The position numbers and the translations under genes were made by a program. From the IMG/VR virus record IMGVR_UViG_3300024496_000012: a stretch of DNA of 64,000 nt; one strand, given 5' to 3'. A model generated the notes under the pieces. The model was not told the origin of the DNA. It was given only the letters and a program-made list of their open reading frames with translations, and made no database searches. This DNA is from a virus. This document shows, piece after piece, positions 56,659 to 64,000 of this stretch. Numbering within the stretch: position 1 is the stretch's first letter; every line of letters begins with the position of its first letter.

Positions 56659-58218
56659 TTATGCGGTATGTTGTATCCATTCCTCAATAGACCAGCACTG
56701 ATCTACGAGGTTTTTATATCTTTGCAGATTAATATTTAGTACTTTTTCACCCGATGAAAGCAAGTTTTCAGGTACTCTAGCAGAGTCTGCTACTCTAAAC
56801 TTATCTATTCCTTGGATCACCATCATCCAAGCTACAGGACTGTAAGCTCTAGGCCACGGTTCAGCGATCAAACCTTTATAAAACTGTTCCCATTCTTCCA
56901 GCTTAACTCTAAGGCTATCTCGTGTCCTATGTGGTTCTTCTCTAAATCTACGCCAGAACTCGGTATCGTTTCTATTACCATGATAATGAAGTGCGATAAA
57001 GTCGGCAAAATCTTCAGTCAAGAACCATATTTTATCATTCATGCGTTGTACTACTTCGGGGTTAGTATTCTTCCTTAAAGGATCCCAATAGTCTTGTACT
57101 GCATACAAGGTTTCGACTATAAGTGCTATTCCGTTGGCTTCTAATGGTTCAACAAACCCACTGCTAAGACCAATAGCGAATACATTGTTTTTCCATACAT
57201 TTCTCATCGCACCTGGTTGATATTTTAGATTTGCTATAACATCTATTTTTTTATTAAATCTTTTTTCAGCTTCTTGGTGAGCTTGTTCTTTGCTGATAAG
57301 ATCCGGATCAAAAATGTATCCGTTGCCAGATCGATGCTTGAGATTTATATTCCAAGACCAGCCATATTCCATAGCTGTAGCATTAGTGGTTACACAATAA
57401 CAGGGTTCGTCCCACCAACCAATCACTTCTCTTTGAGGAAAAGTATCAGTCATATCCACTAATGGTTCTTTTAAAACTTTTCCTAATAATAATCTTGCAA
57501 ATCCAGAACAATCGAAAAACCAATCACCAGTTACTTCTCTATCTCCGTCGAGTTTTAACGAAACGATATTTCCTCTTTCATCTTGTGAAGCTGAAAGAAA
57601 CTCTCCTTCTATGTGATTAACACCACGTGATAATGCTGTCTTTTTAAAATATGCAGCCGAATCTCGAGATTCAAAATGCCACATAGGTATGCAAGGCAAA
57701 GAAGTTAGATCACCGCCGAAAGGAACTTTCTGCTGTCTAATAAACTCTCCTGCAAAAAACGCTTTCCATAACGGTGTATTGTTTCCTAAAAGTGTTTTTA
57801 GGTACATGTTCTTGGCGCTTTCTTGCTTCATTATGTCTGACAGTTTGCGCATAGTAAGAGCGTCTAGCGGATTTGAGCCGATGTGATCAGTCCAACCGTC
57901 GAGCCAAGGTGCAAAATCAGTCTGCATAGCATGTATAAACTCTGTACCTACACCGTTCCAGTCAGTGAACTTACCGCCCATCTTGGGAGTAGCATTTACA
58001 TTTTTAATAAAATCATCGTCATCTATTTGCAAATGACGCAAGAATGTTCGATGTGTAGTGCTGCCACTTTCCCCTGCAATAATAGGAGGACGCTTAGGAT
58101 CTTCTATCAACGATACGTCGCAACGTGGCCAGTTTCGTTTTATAAAAAGAGCTGTGAGCCAACCTGCGCTACCACCGCCTAAGATGATTATCTTAGAACT
58201 TGTATTGTACATTATCAT
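56659..58218 (-). CDS. Flavin-dependent halogenase family protein 2
   Basis: GGGSAG, AGESGS, NATPKMGGKF, GWSWNINL, GFVEPLEANG. Confidence 0.88.
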   Translation of the reverse strand: MIMYNTSSKIIILGGGSAGWLTALFIKRNWPRCDVSLIEDPKRPPIIAGESGSTTHRTFLRHLQIDDDDFIKNVNATPKMGGKFTDWNGVGTEFIHAMQTDFAPWLDGWTDHIGSNPLDALTMRKLSDIMKQESAKNMYLKTLLGNNTPLWKAFFAGEFIRQQKVPFGGDLTSLPCIPMWHFESRDSAAYFKKTALSRGVNHIEGEFLSASQDERGNIVSLKLDGDREVTGDWFFDCSGFARLLLGKVLKEPLVDMTDTFPQREVIGWWDEPCYCVTTNATAMEYGWSWNINLKHRSGNGYIFDPDLISKEQAHQEAEKRFNKKIDVIANLKYQPGAMRNVWKNNVFAIGLSSGFVEPLEANGIALIVETLYAVQDYWDPLRKNTNPEVVQRMNDKIWFLTEDFADFIALHYHGNRNDTEFWRRFREEPHRTRDSLRVKLEEWEQFYKGLIAEPWPRAYSPVAWMMVIQGIDKFRVADSARVPENLLSSGEKVLNINLQRYKNLVDQCWSIEEWIQHTA

Positions 58219-59701
58219 TCCTTTGTTTTATCATTTCGATAGCTTCTCTATGAGTATAGAATGTAGCATTTTGATCGTGCCATTTATCACCTTCGAATAA
58301 TTCCTTTTGAATAACAGTATCATATCTATTTTTCATATGTTCAGACCATTTTTTATTCAAGGATTCAGTGTCAAACATACCAAGTCCGTGCATTACCTGC
58401 ATAAAGTTTAAATGTCTAAACAGGAGCATTTCACTTTGAAAATAGTGAGTATGTACACCATGCTTTTTAAAGAATGACATATTCTCCCGATTAAAATCAG
58501 TGTACTTGATATTGTTATTAACCCACTGCCAAAACTCACTGTCGTTTCTCTTTGTAAAATAATGTAGCTGTATGAAATCGACTATGTTTTCTGCTATTTC
58601 AGACATCTGCTTATTATAGATCTCTTCAGCATGTGTATCGCCTTTCACATAATAATATAAACTGGGCAAGAGTAGGAAAGTCTGTTGGATAGTGGTACCC
58701 ATACTAGATGCTTCTAGTGGTTCTACAAATATCCCACTAAGCCCAGTCATTACACAGTTTTTTATCCAAAACTTTTCGACATGACCTGCACCAAACTTTA
58801 TCTTTTTTCCTATTTCTATGTTGTCTGAGATTCCTAGTTGTTTATAGTGTTGGCTAACCTCATCATAGGCTTTAGTTTCGTCAATAAAACTATCACAGAA
58901 AACATAACCGTTGCCAAACCTATCCTGGGTAGGAATACGCCATACCCACCCACTGCTCAGTGCCGTAGATTCTGTATAAGAAGGAATATGTTCTTGGTAT
59001 GCTGTAGGAAATGCCAGCGCAGAATTTAATGGTAGCTGATCAGTCTTATCTAGCCATTTGGCATCTAACTTGCTACCAATAATTCTTCTAAATCCTGAGC
59101 AATCAATAAAAAAATCAGCAGAATGTCTTTGACCATCGTTGCCGACGAGTTCGCTGACATATCCTTGTTCGTCTAAAACTACATCGTCAATCTTAGTATC
59201 AACTAGTTCTATTCCGCGTTCAGCGCACAGATCATGGAAATATTTGTTTAGTTTAAATGTATCAAAATGATACTGAGCTAGACTGTCATGCAATGGTTCG
59301 GAATGCATACTGTTCATGCTTTTTTTATAAACAGTGTCTAAAGGATCAAAGTTTTCAGCGATTAGCTTTTCCAGAGTATACGGAATGCCATTGAATCTAC
59401 TGTGGGTTCCAAACTGCTCTGCCAGACTATGGAAATAATGCTTGCCATCTCCGTTCCAGTTTGTAAACTTGATACCTATTTTAAAAGTTGCACCGGTATT
59501 GCGCATCATATCAAACACAGATATGTCTGCCTGTTTCATGAATCTTTTCCAATGCTCGGTACTGCCTTCTCCAACGCCAATGATTCCTAGTGCAGATGAT
59601 TCAATCATAGTGATTTTTAAATCAGGCCAACCGCTCTTCAGCATCAGGGCACTAATAAGACCGCTGGTTCCACCGCCTAAAATTATTAAAGATTTTATCA
59701 T
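58193..59701 (-). CDS. Flavin-dependent halogenase family protein 3
   Basis: GGGTSG, GVGEGST, GATFKIGIKF, GWVWRIP, IFVEPLEASS. Confidence 0.9.
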   Translation of the reverse strand: MIKSLIILGGGTSGLISALMLKSGWPDLKITMIESSALGIIGVGEGSTEHWKRFMKQADISVFDMMRNTGATFKIGIKFTNWNGDGKHYFHSLAEQFGTHSRFNGIPYTLEKLIAENFDPLDTVYKKSMNSMHSEPLHDSLAQYHFDTFKLNKYFHDLCAERGIELVDTKIDDVVLDEQGYVSELVGNDGQRHSADFFIDCSGFRRIIGSKLDAKWLDKTDQLPLNSALAFPTAYQEHIPSYTESTALSSGWVWRIPTQDRFGNGYVFCDSFIDETKAYDEVSQHYKQLGISDNIEIGKKIKFGAGHVEKFWIKNCVMTGLSGIFVEPLEASSMGTTIQQTFLLLPSLYYYVKGDTHAEEIYNKQMSEIAENIVDFIQLHYFTKRNDSEFWQWVNNNIKYTDFNRENMSFFKKHGVHTHYFQSEMLLFRHLNFMQVMHGLGMFDTESLNKKWSEHMKNRYDTVIQKELFEGDKWHDQNATFYTHREAIEMIKQRNDNVQYKF

Positions 59702-61197
59702 AGTTTATATTCCACCGTATTGCTGACCATCGCTTTGACTTTATTTACAGCTTCTCTACAGGTCAGCCAACCTTCTGTAGGTGTATTCTCGAATCTAGAT
59801 AGATATTCTTCGTCGTCTTTTCTCAGGTATCCGTATCTTTTTTCGAATAGATTTTTTATACTAGCGGTGTCAAACATGCGTAGACCGTGCATGACCTGTA
59901 TCCAGTTTAGGCAATCATAGATCCTAAAGTTACTCATAAGACCGTCTTCAGGTAACAGTATTTGATTAACAAAGTTTTTCTTAAAGTTTTCTAGATTTTC
60001 TTTGTGAAAATCAGTCATGGTCATTTCATTTTTGCACCAGCGCCAGAACTCTGTGTCATTGCGTTCGGTGAAATAGTGCAGTTGTATAAAATCGAGTATG
60101 TTTGACATCATATCGTCGACTGTGTGATTATATTCTTTTATGCTAGACTGATCTTCTCGGGTCCAGTTCCATAGTGCGCCTGATAATAGTTGCAGTTGTT
60201 TTATGGTCGTAGATATACTAGAAGCTTCTAACGGCTCTACAAAGTTGCTGCTAAGACCTATGCTCACGCAGTTTTTAATCCATGCACGATTGACCTTACC
60301 TGATTTAAAGTTAATCTTGCGGCCTATCTTGATGGTATCCTTGAAGTGTTTTTGTATTTCAGACACTGCTTGGTCTTCAGTAATAAAATGATCGCTGAAA
60401 ACATAACCGTTACCAAAACGATCCTGCACAGGACTACGCCAATGCCAACCGCTGTTCATGGCTTTAGCGAGGGTGTAGGGGGGAATCTTTTCTTCATAGG
60501 ACGTCTGGAAAGCTATAGCAGAGTTCAATGGCAGGTATTTGCTCCAGTCGATCCATTCTGCTCCTAGGTCAGATGCTATAACTCTGTTGAATCCACTGCT
60601 GTCTATGAAAAAATCAGCAGCATATCTATTACCTTGATCGTCAATCACAGACTCAACAAAGCCTTGTTGATCTAATATCGGTCCTTTGATTTCTGCATCT
60701 ATGACTTTTATTCCCGAGATAGCACAACGATCTCGCAGATAGTTATTGAGTTTTTCACTGTCAAAGTGGAACTGATAATAATCTGTCAGAGGTTCTCTGA
60801 CATATCCTTGCATGGGAAGATCCCAATGCAAGTTTTCGCTGGAAACTCCGTCGCCTATGAGTCTCATCATAGAGTAAGCAGCACCTGAGTATCTATTCAT
60901 ATTGATTAAGTACTCAGGTAGACTATGATAATAGCTGGTACCGTCACCATGCCAGTTTTCAAACTTAATGCCTACTTTTATTGTAGCTCCGCAGTGTACC
61001 ATTAGATCGCCTATGGTGATTCCCACAGCCTGAGCGAATCTAGTCCAGTGTTCAGTACTGCCTTCGCCGACGCCGATAGTACCTATCTTTTTAGACTTGA
61101 TAACAGTGATATCCATCTCAGGAAATGAACTCTTGAGATATAATGCCGACATGTATCCGGCGTTTCCGCCTCCTAGTACAATAATATCATTGATCAT
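59698..61197 (-). CDS. Flavin-dependent halogenase family protein 4
   Basis: GGGNAG, GVGEGST, GATIKVGIKF, GWHWRSP, NFVEPLEASS. Confidence 0.9.
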   Translation of the reverse strand: MINDIIVLGGGNAGYMSALYLKSSFPEMDITVIKSKKIGTIGVGEGSTEHWTRFAQAVGITIGDLMVHCGATIKVGIKFENWHGDGTSYYHSLPEYLINMNRYSGAAYSMMRLIGDGVSSENLHWDLPMQGYVREPLTDYYQFHFDSEKLNNYLRDRCAISGIKVIDAEIKGPILDQQGFVESVIDDQGNRYAADFFIDSSGFNRVIASDLGAEWIDWSKYLPLNSAIAFQTSYEEKIPPYTLAKAMNSGWHWRSPVQDRFGNGYVFSDHFITEDQAVSEIQKHFKDTIKIGRKINFKSGKVNRAWIKNCVSIGLSSNFVEPLEASSISTTIKQLQLLSGALWNWTREDQSSIKEYNHTVDDMMSNILDFIQLHYFTERNDTEFWRWCKNEMTMTDFHKENLENFKKNFVNQILLPEDGLMSNFRIYDCLNWIQVMHGLRMFDTASIKNLFEKRYGYLRKDDEEYLSRFENTPTEGWLTCREAVNKVKAMVSNTVEYKL

Positions 61198-61802
61198 TAT
61201 TTTATGTCCAAGGTGATTTTCGAATCAGTAGCAAGATTATGATTGATCCGACCACTAGGAAATGTGTTAAAACTTATAATATATCGATCGTTGCTCAGTA
61301 TGTGAGGCTCGCTCATATGATACAGCCAGCTAGGAAAAACTATTAACTTTCCTGGAGTGGCCACAGACCTATACCAAGGACTAAAATCATGTCTTAGTAC
61401 TTCAAGTTCTGATTCAGTCCTATGCACTTCAGGATCTTCAAAGATAGTTGCGCTGCCTTCGGTCATGTAATAGACCGCACTGAACATGCTCATAGAATGT
61501 TTATGATAGTTTTGATACATGTTGTAACCGCTGAGTGCGACGTTGAACCAACTGTTTGTTATCACTATCTTGTCGCAGTCAAATTTCTGTGCCACACGTA
61601 TTTCTTCTAGGCATGCATCGAACCAATCAAACAGTTCTTTGAAATCTGCTTCTTTACGTAGATCGTATAGGATACTAATCGTGGTGGTTCTTTTTATTTC
61701 AGTGCCATTAAGCACTTTCATCTTTTCGATAAGGGCCTGATTATCGATAGATTTGTTTTCAAAAACGAAAACTTCTGTAGGAAAAAGCTGTAGTGTCTGC
61801 AT
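61197..61802 (-). CDS. 2OG-Fe(II) oxygenase (TIGR02466-like)
   Basis: YHKHSMSMFSAVYY...FPSWLYHMS...RYIISFN. Confidence 0.87.
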   Translation of the reverse strand: MQTLQLFPTEVFVFENKSIDNQALIEKMKVLNGTEIKRTTTISILYDLRKEADFKELFDWFDACLEEIRVAQKFDCDKIVITNSWFNVALSGYNMYQNYHKHSMSMFSAVYYMTEGSATIFEDPEVHRTESELEVLRHDFSPWYRSVATPGKLIVFPSWLYHMSEPHILSNDRYIISFNTFPSGRINHNLATDSKITLDIK

Positions 61803-62393
61803 TTATAGTTCAATCCAACCAGTGAGTAGATATTTTTCGCCGCTCAATGGTGGATTGCCTCTGTGTGTATGGGTGAAAGCCGCTGGCCATATGACTAGAT
61901 TTCCCTGTATGCTAGGTATCCTAATGCCTTGATACAGCCATTCTGTTTCGCCACCTTGATCTACAGTGTTTAGATAGCACCCCCAGGCAGCTATTCTGCC
62001 GGCACGATCCATGTTATCAGATTCAAAATGCCATTGATGATACCCTTCTCCGGGAAGAGTTTTTTGTAGCTTTATCATGCGTATGTGAAAATGTCCAACG
62101 TCATCTAAGATACTGTAATGTGATACGTACTCGCTCCAACAGGCCCATAGTCTATCAACAAAATACTTGATATAACCTGTATTTGCTGTTAGTCTTAGAC
62201 TGTTTTCCTCTAAAAGAAAACTAGCTTTATCTTTTTTCTTATGTGCTATTCCGTCTCGAAGATCTAACCTGCTGTAACTGAGATTAAGATCTGCCATTCG
62301 ATTATAATGATCGATGAGAGTTTGGCATTCTTCAGCTGTCAGAACGCCCTCGAATGTAGCTATATCTTTTTCCAGTTTCATAGGTATTGTCAT
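61803..62393 (-). CDS. 2OG-Fe(II) oxygenase (prolyl 4-hydroxylase-like)
   Basis: YHQWHFES...YLNTVDQGGETEW...WPAAFTHTHRGNPP...KYLLTGW. Confidence 0.9.
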   Translation of the reverse strand: MTIPMKLEKDIATFEGVLTAEECQTLIDHYNRMADLNLSYSRLDLRDGIAHKKKDKASFLLEENSLRLTANTGYIKYFVDRLWACWSEYVSHYSILDDVGHFHIRMIKLQKTLPGEGYHQWHFESDNMDRAGRIAAWGCYLNTVDQGGETEWLYQGIRIPSIQGNLVIWPAAFTHTHRGNPPLSGEKYLLTGWIEL

Positions 62394-62438
62394 CGTACAG
62401 TACTATATATCTAAGCAGATTATTACAAGAGACTTATA

Positions 62439-63032
62439 ATGAATGTAGAAAAATCAATATGGCCGCTGTTTTCAAAACCAGTTTTTAGGACCGGAGTAGA
62501 TGTATCGGGTGTGGATTTAACCAGCATAGAATGGTTGCCAAACTACAATAACTGGATCAGTAAAGATCAAAATGTACTAGAAAAACCCGAGTTTGAAAAA
62601 CTAGCTCAAGGAGTATACGACGGAATCTGCGAATACTTTTATGGTGTTATGCGAGCCAATCAACGTATAGAGATCGCTATCACTGAAAGTTGGTTTAATA
62701 AAACAGAAAAAGGTCAAATACATCACAGACATTATCATCCCAACAGTGTGTTTTCTACAGTGCTTTATCTGCAAACTGAAGGGGAATCGGGTCAGACTAA
62801 GTTTATAACCAGCGAATACCAGTTACTGGAGTATGACATTGACGAATCCAACATCTATAACTCAAAGAGTTGGAGCCTTACACCTAAAGTCGGAGAAATG
62901 TTGATATTTCCTAGCAGCATGGAACATATGGTCACTGAATATCAAGGAAACGTTCCTCGTATTAGTCTGGCTGTAAACACTTTTATCAAAGGGCAGATCA
63001 ACACCATGCCCTTGACCAAACTACATCTTTAA
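62439..63032 (+). CDS. 2OG-Fe(II) oxygenase (TIGR02466-like)
   Basis: HRHYHPNSVFSTVLY...FPSSMEHMV...RISLAVN. Confidence 0.88.
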   Translation: MNVEKSIWPLFSKPVFRTGVDVSGVDLTSIEWLPNYNNWISKDQNVLEKPEFEKLAQGVYDGICEYFYGVMRANQRIEIAITESWFNKTEKGQIHHRHYHPNSVFSTVLYLQTEGESGQTKFITSEYQLLEYDIDESNIYNSKSWSLTPKVGEMLIFPSSMEHMVTEYQGNVPRISLAVNTFIKGQINTMPLTKLHL

Positions 63033-63859
63033 ATCTTATTTTTAGGATATTTTTTACGGAAGAAACTAAACAGATCCGTAATCACACGCATCTTATTTCC
63101 TACACTGTCTGATCTAGGAAATCTACTGTGATTAGAAAAAGTATAGGCATCTTCTATTTCTTCCTCGACTGGTCCTGCAACATCAACAATAAAATCTACA
63201 CCGTTTTGTTCTACTAGTTTTCTGCTAATAGGGACATATTGTACCAATGGAGTTCCGGCGCGAATCAGTGTATCGCCTTCTAGCACATGCCAAAACAGTT
63301 GTACGCTTACGGCATGCATGTACCTAGGATCAACGATTCCTGTAGCTGCTGTAAATCTAGCTTCGTTGTCATAACTAACAGGAATCTGCAATAGTAAAAT
63401 GTCATCGCTGGCCTTTACACGCCATGGAGTTTCTACTTTTACAGCACTGTGTAGATGGGGGCGATCTGTGTTAGGTATTTCTTTAGGTATTAATGGTTCT
63501 GTCTGTGCAGGACTATGCCAGCTTACATAATAATCAGTGCCGCCGAATGTATATTTGTCACTGTGCCGCTTAAACAAGAAAGGAGTTTCCCAGCTTAGGT
63601 GTTCGATGCTAGGACCTGTTTTGATGACAAAATCTGCTGGAGCCCTAAGAACATACCCAGTTCTAGTTAGCTGCTTGATAGCCGGGCAGTTTAACACCGT
63701 TTGACGCCCTTGTTCTGGGCGGTTTCTTTCGGTATTTCCTAGCCCATTCCAATCTCTGTCTACTAGTTTAGACTGTGTGACTGGGTAGATCGCAGCAACA
63801 TTCTGATCTAGACTATAGAATCTTACCCAGCTTTTTTTCTTTTTAAACAGATTAAACAT
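63029..63859 (-). CDS. Hypothetical beta-clip/dUTPase-like-fold protein, paralogue of 48402..49196
   Basis: Start reassigned to ATG 63859 (MFNLFKKKKSWVRFYSL) by alignment with the paralogue and an upstream CGTAAATA box. Confidence 0.65.
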   Translation of the reverse strand: MFNLFKKKKSWVRFYSLDQNVAAIYPVTQSKLVDRDWNGLGNTERNRPEQGRQTVLNCPAIKQLTRTGYVLRAPADFVIKTGPSIEHLSWETPFLFKRHSDKYTFGGTDYYVSWHSPAQTEPLIPKEIPNTDRPHLHSAVKVETPWRVKASDDILLLQIPVSYDNEARFTAATGIVDPRYMHAVSVQLFWHVLEGDTLIRAGTPLVQYVPISRKLVEQNGVDFIVDVAGPVEEEIEDAYTFSNHSRFPRSDSVGNKMRVITDLFSFFRKKYPKNKI

Positions 63860-63864
63860 ATGGA

Positions 63865-63923
63865 TATTTACGCTTAAAAGGAGCTGATAACGCAGGTTCT
63901 GAAAAATTTCAAACTGATAAATA
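63865..63923. promoter_or_regulatory. Divergent late-type boxes
   Basis: CGTAAATA 63872-63865 on - (5 nt before ATG 63859) and GATAAATA 63916-63923 on +. Confidence 0.5.
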
Positions 63924-63947
63924 ATAGGACGAGGACCATGTATAGCT

Positions 63948-64000
63948 ATGTCTACCAACAACTTTAACAGCATCAGATTACTTCCTAACTATGATATAAC
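63948..64000 (+). CDS. Probable 5' end of the next gene (truncated)
   Basis: ATG 63948 is open to the window end (MSTNNFNSIRLLPNYDI), downstream of a late box and GAGGA. Confidence 0.4.
   Translation, partial: MSTNNFNSIRLLPNYDI

Noticed and set aside
46802-63859. Complete natural-product pathway such as pyrrolnitrin (prnABCD)
   Set aside because: No PrnB/PrnD-like, NRPS/PKS, RiPP maturase or transporter genes are recognisable; only tailoring-type enzymes are present.
63029-63973. ORF-track start at 63973 for the last gene (also 48330 and 12439 for two other genes)
   Set aside because: Paralogue alignment, SD position and late boxes favour ATG 63859, 48402 and 12454.
1-64000. Alternative genetic code (stop-codon reassignment), as in some large phages
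   Set aside because: ORFs up to 9.8 kb are intact and tightly packed under code 11, and TAA, TAG and TGA all terminate genes.

Overview
This window is a 64-kb segment of a large T4-like (gp20/gp21/gp22/gp23-type) tailed-phage genome in the standard genetic code. It resembles uncultured aquatic myophages, but the host cannot be determined from the sequence. Layout: (1) 1-2.3 kb: 3' end of the gp46/SbcC recombination ATPase, a 2OG-Fe(II) oxygenase and a GIY-YIG nuclease, followed by a ~480-nt hairpin-dense non-coding region. (2) 2.8-16.3 kb: putative internal head proteins, a divergent gp26-like/gp51-like gene pair joined by a candidate -1 programmed frameshift, tape measure, portal, a glycosyltransferase-like gene, scaffolds, prohead protease and major capsid protein. 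(3) 16.4-46.7 kb: virion/tail-fibre module with two giant paralogous proteins (2896 and 3259 aa) and three Gly/His-rich paralogues. (4) 46.8-64 kb: a dense cluster of 14 Fe(II)/2OG-oxygenase or JmjC-type genes, 4 flavin-dependent halogenase-family genes and 2 related beta-clip-like genes. T4-late-type (N)ATAAATA boxes recur upstream of genes, several positioned to give leaderless mRNAs. I saw no tRNA, rRNA, CRISPR array, integrase or transposase. The strongest leads are the late-promoter-associated oxygenase/halogenase cluster, the gp26/gp51 frameshift signal, the large structured RNA next to the GIY-YIG gene, a pseudoknotted leader RNA at 21.9 kb and a circularly permuted YHYH domain. All family assignments come from motif recognition by eye; no searches or folding programs were run.
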